Shown here one piece after another: positions 42,201 to 51,270 of a stretch of 52,737 nt of DNA. The stretch is taken from positions 1-52,737 of IMG/VR virus record IMGVR_UViG_3300025635_000031; one strand, written 5' to 3'. Below the pieces are notes generated by a model. The model did not search any database. It was not told the origin of the DNA and saw nothing but the letters and a program-made list of their open reading frames with translations. The DNA is from a virus (taxonomy: Duplodnaviria; Caudoviricetes). The first letter of the stretch is position 1. Every line of letters starts with the position of its first letter. The position numbers and the translations under genes were made by a program.

Positions 42201-43768
42201 GTCGTGTAGGCGGTCTAGATCTAGGTGGAACACGGTTCCATTCTCTTGACGAAGTTAAGGCATCGCATAGAGGAATTGAAGCACGCCCATTTGAAGGAGC
42301 GCCAGCAAATGTTCGCCGCTCTGTAGCTCCAGCTGAATCATATATTGATGAAAGCGGAAAGCGCGTAAATACAGTCAATGGAGAAGAAGAAAAAGGAACG
42401 CTTGCTGGCCTTCTTCCGACTAATTACCGCACTGGCGCGCCATTTAAGGGATGGTCAGACTATCTTACTGATCGCCAATTTGTTCGCCCATTGTTTGCTG
42501 GCCTTGCTGGCATGGCACAGTCCAAGAGCCGTTTTGCTGTTCCAGCAATTCTTGAAGGATTGGGGGCAGCTGCCGCAGCCGACATGATGGCTGAAAAAGG
42601 ACAACAAGAAATTGCTGAATCGCAATCGCGTGAACAATTGGGTCTAGCCCAATCGCGCAATATGTCTATTCAAGAAATTACACCCGGATATTTTATTGTT
42701 TATCTTGCTAAGGGTGGCACTAAAGATTTGGCCGATTGGATGGAGACGCAAGAGCCTCTTGTTGGGGGTGAATCTGGGGCTGAATTGGCGCGTAAAATTT
42801 ATGCCCGTAAAACGGGGCAGGCATCTGCAAAACCAGCTGCATATACTGGAACAGCTGATACAGGCGCAGGTGCAGCTACCGCTGGGCAGGCGGGTACTGA
42901 AGCTGGTTCTGCAGGGGCTGGAACAACAACAGTTGTTGGTGGTCAATCAGCACAAGGCCAGCCGGGACAAATAAAGCCTGCAAAAAGTGCAAATATACCG
43001 ATATCACCGTTTGTCACATACGATGATAGTTCTGTGCAACGCGCCAGAGAAGACTTTAAACAAACGCAGTCTCCCGGCGGCCAATCGTTTGCAGAGCAAG
43101 GAAGAGAAAACCGGAAAAAAATTAATAATGGTGCGCAACAATCCTACGGAATTGCACCAGTAATTAATGAAATGGCGCAAAACATCATGGATTCGCTTTC
43201 CCAGACTGGGATATCTTCAACCGGTCCGGGTTTTGGAAAAATTGCATCCGCATCTGCCGTACTTGGAACATGGCCAGCGCGCTTTGGCCTTCCAATTGAT
43301 TTTACAAAGCCAGCTGACATTAAGCAAAAAGCGCAAAAATATGCGGAATTTTTGGCAGCTGCAGCGGCGCAGGGTTATGGTCAAGATACCCTTGGTGCAA
43401 TGCAAAGAATGGCTTCTGTTATGCCAGAACCAGAACTTACAAAAGATACCCAAGCACAACTGACATCTGAACTTCTTGTGTTTAACAAAAAGGATCAGCA
43501 TAGGCAGCAGTTTGCACAAAAATATGATCGCGATTCAAACAGCAATCCTGCTAACGTCTATGCAGAGTTTGAACGCTTAAATAAACAGAAATATTTAGAT
43601 TCTGTTTCGTTGGTTAAAAAATTAATGCTTGAAGATCCAGTTTTGGCAAAAGGATTTTTGTCAAATCAGGTACCTCCAGAAGAGATGGAAAAGTTCTTCA
43701 AACAGTATGCGCAAAGCCGTAAACTAAAATACCATACGGGTATGTCTGACTTTTTTGTGGGGCAGTGA
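39227..43768 (+). CDS. DNA ejection/pilot protein with two peptidase S74-like domains and a SleB-like cell wall hydrolase
   Basis: Gln/Ala/Gly-rich N-terminal third; SDRRLK and SDERFK domains; RT..AE...AHVI.NR...V.APNQFEPW. Confidence 0.78.
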   Translation: MCGGSSTTTQSTTIPPEVLARYNAVNARAEDVAKQPFQRYTGQFVAPINQQQMAGISGINQAANMAQPYFNQASGALTNAYGQANPYYGQSINTVAGGASQANQLYGTALGGISNAVNIGSQYGTDATRFINQAGTSAQPYMNQAGAYVGSGLAAADPLLAQSQKFLEGSTQAINPQEFSQAQINKYMSPYMKNVVEAQQALQQQESAAQRSALNSQAIGAGAFGGDRAGISQANLARQQTLANQATLGNLLQQGYGQAAGMFQQQQGVNLAAEQANRQAQQFGQQAAANLAQQRFGQNLAASQQYGNLGQALFGQNLSQGQALSALGQQLYSQGLGAAQAQAGIAQNQFGMSAQQANLMQQAAQGLFGMGSQYASGLAGLGTGAQAAALQGAQAQIGAGTLQQQTQQAQDTAKYNEFLQERGYPFQIAQFLANIAMGTGALSGSTTTTTSPNNWMSDRRLKKDIKEIGETHDGLPIYSFKYKGGDDQQRIGVMADEAREKHPDAVHRVGGIDSVDYDKIVNRASEGGGVLPHRAREGFALGSSVPSGSASVSDDIFKQYLNFIGLADTPHGNVASYAKSAKNLPGQAGIVPQQTPPIMQLRAPSSPPRQQESGLSQAASAYKTVEGGLDKLFGEKGLATSKGMPARIYKGLTGSNDDKQGSKSGQNTSTSSEPPQQQKLEQTKASSVSPDEKSFYDKFIDWYQNRAYGGGVAPQFMARGGVSALNEGILPYQTEDKYGPEAVNEAESGHKFDTLDEAGGGKSGSGSGSGLANAIGMAGTAIKGLTALASLLPSDERFKTGMKRVGELDNGQPVYKYRIGNGPTQIGLSAQNVSKYGDPSSVYRDDDGFLHLDYERATREYGGGIRPAYQTRGRVDPDMQDIDYAIRTAAAETTGDPDETRGIAHVIHNRLQSGKYGDSYKNVVLAPNQFEPWQTENNNPMRIKPDDPRYQQAKAAFEDIQSGNMDPRFENVQNFWGPISQYALKRQAPEWGRVGGLDLGGTRFHSLDEVKASHRGIEARPFEGAPANVRRSVAPAESYIDESGKRVNTVNGEEEKGTLAGLLPTNYRTGAPFKGWSDYLTDRQFVRPLFAGLAGMAQSKSRFAVPAILEGLGAAAAADMMAEKGQQEIAESQSREQLGLAQSRNMSIQEITPGYFIVYLAKGGTKDLADWMETQEPLVGGESGAELARKIYARKTGQASAKPAAYTGTADTGAGAATAGQAGTEAGSAGAGTTTVVGGQSAQGQPGQIKPAKSANIPISPFVTYDDSSVQRAREDFKQTQSPGGQSFAEQGRENRKKINNGAQQSYGIAPVINEMAQNIMDSLSQTGISSTGPGFGKIASASAVLGTWPARFGLPIDFTKPADIKQKAQKYAEFLAAAAAQGYGQDTLGAMQRMASVMPEPELTKDTQAQLTSELLVFNKKDQHRQQFAQKYDRDSNSNPANVYAEFERLNKQKYLDSVSLVKKLMLEDPVLAKGFLSNQVPPEEMEKFFKQYAQSRKLKYHTGMSDFFVGQ

Positions 43769-45627
43769 TGGATTATTCACAACGAATGCAAACATTGGTT
43801 GGTGGTAATTCTTCGGAAACCACAAATCAAGAACAAAAGTTTTCTGAAAATCCATTTGCATCCCGAATGGATGCTTTGTTACGTGGTGAACAGCCAAAAC
43901 TTGGCGCACCACCGCCACAACCTTCTGGCGCGCCACAGCAAGCTGAAACAGAAACAGATCAACAACAGGCCCTTCCTACACTGACTGTTGGCCGTCAAGA
44001 ACCAAAGGAAATGCCGCTTAGCGAATGGGGTTCAGAGATTGTAAAAGATCTGCCCAAGAAAGCTTATGAAGCCGGAAAAACTTTTGTTGAACCGTTTATG
44101 AACCCTGCGGAAACGTGGGAGGGCATTAAAGGTCTTGGTAAAGGGGTTGTTTCAAAAGTAGCTGGTGCTGTTGGAATGCAACAATCACCAGAACAAAAAG
44201 CAGAGGATGAAGCAGTTGCAGATGCATTTTGGGAACTTCAAAAAGAACGTTATGGTTCATGGCCACGCATTCAAAGAACTGTTGCGGAAAATCCTTTTCT
44301 TGCTGCGGCTGATGTGTCTAGCGTTGCTTCACTGGGCGGCGCAGGTTTGGCAAGATTGCCGGGAATTCTTGGGAAGACTGGTGAAGCGGTACAAGCAGTA
44401 GGCCGCGCCACTGACCCAATTGGTCTTGCTTTAAAAGCGCCAACCTTAACCGCCCAAATAGTATCAAAGCCTGTTAATTTTGGTTTATGGCTTCAAAGTG
44501 GGAGGCCTATGAGTTCATTTGATACGGCAACGCAAGCTGGGTTGACAGGAAATAAAGCATTTGTCCGGCATATGTCTAATGGGCCATCTGTTGGGGGGGA
44601 ACTTGTTGAAGCCGTCGATACTGCGACAAATTCAGCTGCTAAAACAGCAAGTCAAAAATACATTGAAAATTATGAAAAATTAAACAAGGGTCAACCTCTT
44701 AAATATGATAAAATTGATACAGCGCTTAAGGAATCCCAAAACATTGCCTTTCCCAAAGGGGAAGCATTTGATCCATCTTCAAGCAAAATTCAAACATTTG
44801 CGCGCATCAATGCTCTTTTAGATAATTGGAAAAATAAGCCAAATGTATCCCATGATTTAGAGCGTTTTGACACGTTAAAAAAATCTTTACAGGATTTTAC
44901 GCAAGAAAATAATCTTTTGCCGGGAAGTAAAGAATTTAGAATTGTTGATAATTTGCGAAAAGCGGCTCTTGATACGCTAAAAGAGGCAGATCCTAATTAC
45001 GCTAAAATGACCGAAGAATGGCGGCAAGCACAAGATTTGGTTAAAAGTTTTAGGGCTGATTTAGCTAGCGGGAGAACATCAACTGCAAAATTAAGAAAGT
45101 TGCTATCTTCGCCTGAAAGCCCGTACAAAAAAACATTAATTGCTGAATTGGCTAAATATGATCCTGACATTCCGTACATGCTTGCTGGGCAAGAGTTAAA
45201 TGCTATTTATCCCCAAGGTTGGCGTGGGTGGTTAGGCAGTGTTTTGACTAGCGGTGGTTTAGCAGGTGTTGCAATGCATCCTGAATTAGCTGCTGGCGTT
45301 GTTTTAGGTTCGCCACGGATTGGTGGAAATATCGCTTATAGAACTGGCCAAGTAGGCTCTTTAGGGGAGCGCGTATATGGCGGTGTGCCGCAATTTACTA
45401 AAGGGCTTGGATATCAAGCAGGTGTATTGACGGGGATGGATGAAATACCACCAGAAGAGCGTGAACAGCGCGCCACTGGTGGTAAGGTGACTGGGTCTAT
45501 CGCGCAGCGCCTTGTGGCAGCTGCAGAGAAGGCCCATAAGTATCACCAGAAGACGACTGAAGAGATATTAGACGCGCCAGACGAAACGGTCGTTAAGGCG
45601 CTGGCTGTGGCTAAAAAGAACATCTAA
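43768..45627 (+). CDS. internal virion/ejection protein with C-terminal RATGG...VVKAL tag
   Basis: follows the pilot protein; Gly/Ala-rich hydrophobic segments, SPR motif. Confidence 0.65.
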   Translation: MDYSQRMQTLVGGNSSETTNQEQKFSENPFASRMDALLRGEQPKLGAPPPQPSGAPQQAETETDQQQALPTLTVGRQEPKEMPLSEWGSEIVKDLPKKAYEAGKTFVEPFMNPAETWEGIKGLGKGVVSKVAGAVGMQQSPEQKAEDEAVADAFWELQKERYGSWPRIQRTVAENPFLAAADVSSVASLGGAGLARLPGILGKTGEAVQAVGRATDPIGLALKAPTLTAQIVSKPVNFGLWLQSGRPMSSFDTATQAGLTGNKAFVRHMSNGPSVGGELVEAVDTATNSAAKTASQKYIENYEKLNKGQPLKYDKIDTALKESQNIAFPKGEAFDPSSSKIQTFARINALLDNWKNKPNVSHDLERFDTLKKSLQDFTQENNLLPGSKEFRIVDNLRKAALDTLKEADPNYAKMTEEWRQAQDLVKSFRADLASGRTSTAKLRKLLSSPESPYKKTLIAELAKYDPDIPYMLAGQELNAIYPQGWRGWLGSVLTSGGLAGVAMHPELAAGVVLGSPRIGGNIAYRTGQVGSLGERVYGGVPQFTKGLGYQAGVLTGMDEIPPEEREQRATGGKVTGSIAQRLVAAAEKAHKYHQKTTEEILDAPDETVVKALAVAKKNI

Positions 45628-45637
45628 GGAGTAACCC

Positions 45638-47143
45638 GTGGTTACATATACCGACAACAAGAAGCTTAATAAGCCAGCTAACGGCGAATACCCAAATACA
45701 TGGGATGTTCCTGTCAATCAGGACTGGGACATTATTGATAAGGCTCTTGGCAGCGCAGCGTCTTTTACTGTTGGCGCGACAGACATCACATTAACAATTG
45801 ATGAAGCGCAGAACCAGCGTATTGTTTTAACTGGCTACCCAAGTGCTTCACGATATATAATTATTCCTTTTAAATATTTAAGCGCAACCACAGCTGTTGG
45901 TGGTATGTGGATTGTTGATAATCAATCAAACGCAACCCAAAATATTGTTACGGAAGCAGCTGGTAGTGTTGGTGTTGCAATTCCAACAGGCAAAAAAGCG
46001 CTTGTCTATTCAGACGGGACTGACATTAAGTTTGCTGATGATTCCAGAATTACAGCAGGCACCGGCCTTACGCTGACAGGCAATTCATTAGCCGTGACAT
46101 CGCCTGTTACAGCGGCGATTGGTGGAACAGGATATGCAGGCGGGTATTCTAGTGGCCAACTTTTAATTGGAAAAGCAGATGGCACGCTAGCAAAAACCAC
46201 GCTTACTGCTGGTACGAATATTACAATTACCAATGGTGATGGAACAATTACCATTGATTCAACAGCATCTGGAGGCGGTGGCGGTCTTTCAAGTATAAGT
46301 TTTTCCGGCACTACTGGATTAACTTTTACTCCATCAACACTTAATTCAACAAATACGTCAACAGTTCTTGGTGGCACGCTTGGTGTTGCGAATGGTGGAA
46401 CTGGTGTTGGTGGAGCAGGATTTGCTACAGCAGGATTTTTAAAAACACCGGGGACGACAGCTGCCTTCACTAGTGTTGCAACGATAAATCTTGCATCAGC
46501 AACGGATGTTGGGACCAGTGTTCTTGGAACTACGAATGGCGGAACAGGTACAACATCCACGACCGGAACTGGAGCAGTAGTTTTTGCAACAAATCCGACA
46601 TTATCTGCGCCAACTATTTCTTCTAGCCAAATATTTTTTGGGAGTAGTTCAAACTATATTATTTATAACAGCAGCGCTACTCCGCCGTCTATTGGAGCAG
46701 CTGTTGGAAACATTGGTGTGTTTTCGGGGGATAACACAAACTTTAGTGTTTATAAAAATCTTCTTGTCATTGGTTCTGGCGCGGTTCCCTATGCGCTGCA
46801 AGCTAACTTCACTATTTATTCTGATGCGCGCACAAAGAAAGATGTGACGCCATATACAAAGTCTACTGATGCAATCAACACGTTGTCGCCAGTAGATTTT
46901 AAATATAATGGCGCATATGGAACGCCAAATGATAACGTAACGCGCACAGGTCTTATTGCGCAGGACGTTTTAAATAGCGCTGTTCCAGAAATTATTACGA
47001 CGCGCCCATACAAAGACCCAAATACTGGACAGACCACAGAAGTCTACCAGCTTGATTCTTCGGCTCTTGTTTTCACTCTTATTAACGCGGTGAAAGAACT
47101 TGATGCGCGCGTCAAGGCTTTGGAGGCGAAAGTCGGCCCATAG
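45638..47143 (+). CDS. tail fibre with C-terminal intramolecular chaperone (peptidase S74)
   Basis: GGTG repeats; SDARTKK...GLIAQDV...LINAVKEL. Confidence 0.85.
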   Translation: MVTYTDNKKLNKPANGEYPNTWDVPVNQDWDIIDKALGSAASFTVGATDITLTIDEAQNQRIVLTGYPSASRYIIIPFKYLSATTAVGGMWIVDNQSNATQNIVTEAAGSVGVAIPTGKKALVYSDGTDIKFADDSRITAGTGLTLTGNSLAVTSPVTAAIGGTGYAGGYSSGQLLIGKADGTLAKTTLTAGTNITITNGDGTITIDSTASGGGGGLSSISFSGTTGLTFTPSTLNSTNTSTVLGGTLGVANGGTGVGGAGFATAGFLKTPGTTAAFTSVATINLASATDVGTSVLGTTNGGTGTTSTTGTGAVVFATNPTLSAPTISSSQIFFGSSSNYIIYNSSATPPSIGAAVGNIGVFSGDNTNFSVYKNLLVIGSGAVPYALQANFTIYSDARTKKDVTPYTKSTDAINTLSPVDFKYNGAYGTPNDNVTRTGLIAQDVLNSAVPEIITTRPYKDPNTGQTTEVYQLDSSALVFTLINAVKELDARVKALEAKVGP

Positions 47144-47318
47144 TGATATTAGTCTGGGCACGGATTTCTTTATTATTCCATGTCCAGCATTCGCCATTGT
47201 CCTGAAAGCAGACCCACAAAAGATCATGCTCTGGCCCATAGTCAATTAAGACATGGGCCAAAGCTTTTCCTTTAGGCGTTTCGATAGGCAGGGCGGGGTT
47301 TAGCTGTAAGAGGTACAT
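47112..47318 (-). CDS. conserved phage hypothetical protein
   Basis: QLNP..P..TPKG...IDYG.EH.L.WV...GECWTW motif. Confidence 0.7.
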   Translation of the reverse strand: MYLLQLNPALPIETPKGKALAHVLIDYGPEHDLLWVCFQDNGECWTWNNKEIRAQTNITMGRLSPPKP

Positions 47319-47769
47319 TGGTGCCTTGCTGGTAGCAAAGTTGGAAGTGTGTTTCGCAGTAAGAGTGTTTATGCACCATTTGATTGCAGTAAAGCGTAGG
47401 CTTTTCTTTCACGATGTAACGGCATGAAAAGAAACGCAGGCCTAAGATATCGCATGGTTCGCCGTATTCTATTTCTGGCGCGGGGATGAACGGTGAAACT
47501 GGTTGTGGCATTGGTCGCGCCACTGCAGCAAGTTCCAAGACCTTTGGCTTGGGCTTTGGTTTAGGATTAGGCACATAGACACGTTGCTTCCGTAGAGGCC
47601 GTGGGCGTGCCTTAAGATCAACACCCGCCTCTCTTAGACGGCTAATGCGACCCATGATTGCACCACGGGATTTGCCCATCGCGGGGGCTATGTAGGTGCT
47701 GGGTTTTCCTTCGGCCCATAGCTGAATTAAAAGCTTGTCTTCGTCATCCGTCCACATCATAATCTCCAT
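47272..47769 (-). CDS. gcrA: GcrA cell-cycle regulator homologue
   Basis: WT...L..LWAEG......MG.SR.AI.G...RL N-domain; CRY...YC..H C-domain. Confidence 0.88.
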   Translation of the reverse strand: MEIMMWTDDEDKLLIQLWAEGKPSTYIAPAMGKSRGAIMGRISRLREAGVDLKARPRPLRKQRVYVPNPKPKPKPKVLELAAVARPMPQPVSPFIPAPEIEYGEPCDILGLRFFSCRYIVKEKPTLYCNQMVHKHSYCETHFQLCYQQGTNVPLTAKPRPAYRNA

Positions 47770-47793
47770 TGCTTGACTGACTAAACAACCCGG

Positions 47794-48342
47794 TCAGTTG
47801 GCCTTGTTCGATACTCCCTTACTAACCCGGTCCTTTGTGGCCGGGTTCTTTTTTTGAACCCAACCTGTTTGATGGCATCGAATCATCTGTTTTTCGGTGG
47901 TCGCGCCAGCTGATGCGCACCGTCGCATGTGTTCCAAACCTGCGTCAATTCCATATGTGCAATCGTGCAGGTGGCGGGGGTTGAAGCCCATCCCACGGGC
48001 TGTGCCGGGCATGACCTGCATCACGCCCATGGCGCGGGAGCCTTTAGCCAGAGGGCCTGTGGCCTTGCAGTTAAACCGGCTCTCTTTGAAAGCAATCTTT
48101 ACGGCAGTCTCCTGCCACTCTTTGCCTAGGGTCGCCTTGGCTCTCTGGGCGACAAGAACCGCCACCCTTTGCTGCTCTGGGGGCTGGTTAGGATATAGCT
48201 TAGAAACGGTCTCCAGCGGCCCCTGACGGGCTTCTGGCGCGGTGAATAACTCTGATAGTAGGGAGGGCCCATTGGCCTCCTGTGAAGCCGCTACGGGAAT
48301 AATGAAGAGGGCTAAGGCAAGCCCGATTAGAGAGGCCTTCAT
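47794..48342 (-). CDS. secreted lytic transglycosylase (SLT domain)
   Basis: signal peptide MKASLIGLALALFII; ES.FN..A, GVMQVMP.TA. Confidence 0.85.
   Translation of the reverse strand: MKASLIGLALALFIIPVAASQEANGPSLLSELFTAPEARQGPLETVSKLYPNQPPEQQRVAVLVAQRAKATLGKEWQETAVKIAFKESRFNCKATGPLAKGSRAMGVMQVMPGTARGMGFNPRHLHDCTYGIDAGLEHMRRCASAGATTEKQMIRCHQTGWVQKKNPATKDRVSKGVSNKAN
47824..47854 (+). terminator. + strand intrinsic terminator inside the 3' end of the SLT gene
   Basis: AACCCGGTC-CTTTGT-GGCCGGGTT-C-TTTTTT. Confidence 0.6.
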
Positions 48343-48466
48343 CAAGCACCCTTGAACCGTTAACGATGGCTGTACCCTACACCCAGAATGGGGCCATAGA
48401 GAGGCGTAGACGAACCCTGTGGCCTCCCGTAGGATCGTATGGTTCGCACTAAGAAGGGGTCTGCCT

Positions 48467-48715
48467 ATGTCTATAGATTTGCGTAAAATGGTCACTACTT
48501 CCGTCCTCCGTGATAACAATTACGACCTGACAGCTGCCTACGCCGATTTGGCCGGGCGATATGTTCAAATGTGTGGTCTTTTAGAGCGTGCTGAACGCCT
48601 TTATTCCCGTGCTTATGCCCGCGAAAAACCGCCGACTGAAGGCACGTTCGACATGCCGCCGAATCCCATCACCGACGATTGGATCGAAACAGGGAAGGAA
48701 TTGGAAAATGCGTGA
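48467..48715 (+). CDS. hypothetical protein
   Basis: AAGGGG RBS; divergent from SLT. Confidence 0.5.
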   Translation: MSIDLRKMVTTSVLRDNNYDLTAAYADLAGRYVQMCGLLERAERLYSRAYAREKPPTEGTFDMPPNPITDDWIETGKELENA

Positions 48716-48968
48716 TGATTCGTTCGATGATGATGACGATCCGTCTGATGATGTCGCCTACGACGATGTGGACATAGGCCCTGATGATTTCCCAATGGTT
48801 ACAGACTTTGTAGCAGAGCGGGTCATCGCCTTTGCCTACCTTGCAGAAAAGTTCGCCTTGATGGACGACGAAGTTAAACCTGTGGCTATCGATATGCTGC
48901 GGGTAGTGATGCGTTCCATAAAGACGCCAGAGCAGGCTTCTCTTAGCGTAGTCCGTAATCACGACTGA
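48708..48968 (+). CDS. acidic hypothetical protein
   Basis: Asp-rich N-terminus, AAGGA RBS, coupled to the upstream gene. Confidence 0.55.
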   Translation: MRDDSFDDDDDPSDDVAYDDVDIGPDDFPMVTDFVAERVIAFAYLAEKFALMDDEVKPVAIDMLRVVMRSIKTPEQASLSVVRNHD

Positions 48969-49081
48969 TCGTCCCTAATCGCCTTGCGGTGATCATCAAT
49001 GATCTGCCAAGCTATCATCGCAAGGATGATTGTAAGCGTACCAATCGCGCCACAAACGATACCCCATATAAATTCAGCCAT
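48959..49081 (-). CDS. 40-aa single-TM protein (MAEFIWGIVCGAIG...)
   Basis: read from the sequence; follows the 49085 gene with an AGGTG RBS. Confidence 0.5.
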   Translation of the reverse strand: MAEFIWGIVCGAIGTLTIILAMIAWQIIDDHRKAIRDDQS

Positions 49082-49084
49082 GTG

Positions 49085-49330
49085 TCACCTAATTTTGGTT
49101 GCGATATATTCAAATTGCATTGGCGCGACTTTCTTCTGAACCAGCGAAACGCGCCCCTCTTCCGCTAGCTTAAACAGGTAATTGGCCACAGCGCCAATCT
49201 CTTCATAGTAGGCCTTTTCTGTAGCGTCACGCGGCCTTGTTTCACGGTCACGCGCCAGATAGCCGATATGATACGTCAGGCTCTTACCGCGAAGAGCGTT
49301 TGTGTACCAAGCTTTTACATTAGCGATCAT
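49085..49330 (-). CDS. conserved phage hypothetical protein
   Basis: YH.GYLA.DR...G.V.LVQKK...FEYIA motif. Confidence 0.65.
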   Translation of the reverse strand: MIANVKAWYTNALRGKSLTYHIGYLARDRETRPRDATEKAYYEEIGAVANYLFKLAEEGRVSLVQKKVAPMQFEYIATKIR

Positions 49331-49574
49331 TTGCTGGTTCCGTGATGCGTCGCGCTGTGTCCAATAGAGACAGGGCTGTAGTTTCTTGTACTGTTTGGCC
49401 GCTAAGGGCATCGCGGGCCTGATACAAAGCCCATCGAAGCACCTTAACGTCCTGCTCTAGTTTTTCGATCTTGCTTTGTGCGCGTTCTAATAGCTGCGGT
49501 AGGAGGGTTCCTTCTGTCACGCGGAAGGCTTTGATGTATGTCTCTAGCTCTTCATTGATGCCCATATCGATCAT
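49320..49574 (-). CDS. hypothetical protein
   Basis: overlapping ORF in the - strand operon. Confidence 0.55.
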   Translation of the reverse strand: MIDMGINEELETYIKAFRVTEGTLLPQLLERAQSKIEKLEQDVKVLRWALYQARDALSGQTVQETTALSLLDTARRITEPANDR

Positions 49575-49821
49575 CCTTGAATTCGATCAGTTCCTGAACC
49601 TTACCAACATGCGCCGTGTTAATGATCAAAGAGCCGCGATCTTCCCAATATTCGGAAAGGTCATCGTTGCGGATCTTGTACATCAGATTGGCCATGATGA
49701 ATTCATTGTCCTGCAGATAGTTCCAGAACTCTTTGATATTTTTGGATTCGTGTTCGACCGTAATCTGATGGACTGAATAGCCTTTAGCGCTTGGCATATT
49801 CATTGTGATAAGAAAGCGCAC
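49552..49821 (-). CDS. conserved phage hypothetical protein
   Basis: MRFLITMNMPS...HQI...GKV; AGGAG RBS. Confidence 0.65.
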   Translation of the reverse strand: MRFLITMNMPSAKGYSVHQITVEHESKNIKEFWNYLQDNEFIMANLMYKIRNDDLSEYWEDRGSLIINTAHVGKVQELIEFKDDRYGHQ

Positions 49822-49822
49822 T

Positions 49823-50308
49823 TTATTCTCCTTTTATGCGTACAAATTCGACATGTTCTAAGGGGCAAACATAGATCGCCTGCTCCTTATTTGTGTTCTT
49901 CATAAACCGCACCACTCTCTGCCAGTGCTGGTTTGTCTCCTGACGCACAAAAGCTGCATGCGTAAGATCGTTACTGACCCAGAAGTATGCAGCGACTTCA
50001 CCCTTGGCGCGGTCTACTGCATCGGCATCAGCAATGAAAAAATCAGGAAACGGATAGTTCAGATAGTCCGTGAAGTTTGCGCGCTGTGAATATTTCACTT
50101 CAAAGCGGCAAGCCTTATTATCTTTAGTTGCAAATAGATCACCACGATCTTGATAATCCTGATATGGCGCATTTTTTGGACGAAGCACAAGCGCAGGCAA
50201 AGAGACAGCCCAGCCGTTGCGATATAGCCACTCCGTAATAGCCATAACGCCGGGTATCGATGCCTTTAGCCTTGCAGCAAATTCTTCGTATGTATTACCC
50301 ATCTTCAT
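49823..50308 (-). CDS. PD-(D/E)XK nuclease-like protein
   Basis: D.GDL...FEVK motif. Confidence 0.55.
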   Translation of the reverse strand: MKMGNTYEEFAARLKASIPGVMAITEWLYRNGWAVSLPALVLRPKNAPYQDYQDRGDLFATKDNKACRFEVKYSQRANFTDYLNYPFPDFFIADADAVDRAKGEVAAYFWVSNDLTHAAFVRQETNQHWQRVVRFMKNTNKEQAIYVCPLEHVEFVRIKGE

Positions 50309-50648
50309 CCCTGCGAACTACGGTGCCGTCCATTTTCTTTTTCCATTTACTCTTTCGTCCTCCCGGCAAGGGAGACCGAACTGTTTTAATACCCAGATGC
50401 TTGGCCCGCATTCGTTTTGTTTTTGCGATACGGGGGGCATCAACAGTGGCCGTATGGATGCGATGGCAATGACGATGTGCAACAAGCCAATTAGACTCAT
50501 CGTCAGCACCACCAGCCTCAAGAGGGATTTCATGGCTGACATCCCACTCCTCCCCCGGACGTACCTTGAAGTTGCATATGTGGCAGTAACCTTCATGGCG
50601 CGTGAAAATTTCAATACGCATTTTGGGGGTGATACGGACGCGCTTCAT
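50295..50648 (-). CDS. HNH endonuclease
   Basis: CHIC...H.IPL..GG.D...N....H..CH..HT. Confidence 0.85.
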   Translation of the reverse strand: MKRVRITPKMRIEIFTRHEGYCHICNFKVRPGEEWDVSHEIPLEAGGADDESNWLVAHRHCHRIHTATVDAPRIAKTKRMRAKHLGIKTVRSPLPGGRKSKWKKKMDGTVVRRDEDG

Positions 50649-50953
50649 TGCATTCTAAACGGCACTTCGTGGGTTGCAGCTTCTTCTCCTTCAAGGCGCT
50701 CTTCGTCGGCCAGTAATTCAAAAGCATGTTCAATGGCGCGCACTGTAGTGATGGACAGCCCCATGACAGCCCGTGTTGCTGCTTCTTTGTCTGGCGCGGA
50801 ATCGATCACGATGTTGGCCAGCGCGCCCATAAGAGCCTGCATGCCAAATAAAGCATCGTGGCCATCAACGCACATCAGGATCTTTGTGACCATTTCGATC
50901 ATGGCCTGTTGATATTCTTCATGTGTAGCTTTTTCAATTTCATCCGTTTTCAT
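50645..50953 (-). CDS. hypothetical protein
   Basis: coupled ORF. Confidence 0.55.
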   Translation of the reverse strand: MKTDEIEKATHEEYQQAMIEMVTKILMCVDGHDALFGMQALMGALANIVIDSAPDKEAATRAVMGLSITTVRAIEHAFELLADEERLEGEEAATHEVPFRMQ

Positions 50954-51270
50954 AATTTCATTTCCGCTCTACGGGTTGCTTCGTGTGACTGCCATTCATT
51001 GAACTTCATGCGGATGTATTCCATTTGCACGCGAAGGATGGAAGCCCGCTTACGGGCCTCCACAATCTTGGTAACGTGATCGCGCCAATCATCAGACGCT
51101 TTCACGATCATTTCAGCGCGGTTGACCGCCTTCTCTTTCGTGTCCAGCATCATGCGGTTAAGCACAGCTGACTTCGTTTCTTCCAGAAGGCTGGCAGCGC
51201 TATCTGCATCGACCCAAGCTTCAGCCGTGGTGCGATACTGCTCTGAAAGGGGAATGTTTTCGTTAATCAA
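50950..51270 (-). CDS. helical hypothetical protein in the recombination operon
   Basis: coupled ORF downstream of the SSB-like gene. Confidence 0.65.
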   Translation of the reverse strand: MINENIPLSEQYRTTAEAWVDADSAASLLEETKSAVLNRMMLDTKEKAVNRAEMIVKASDDWRDHVTKIVEARKRASILRVQMEYIRMKFNEWQSHEATRRAEMKL

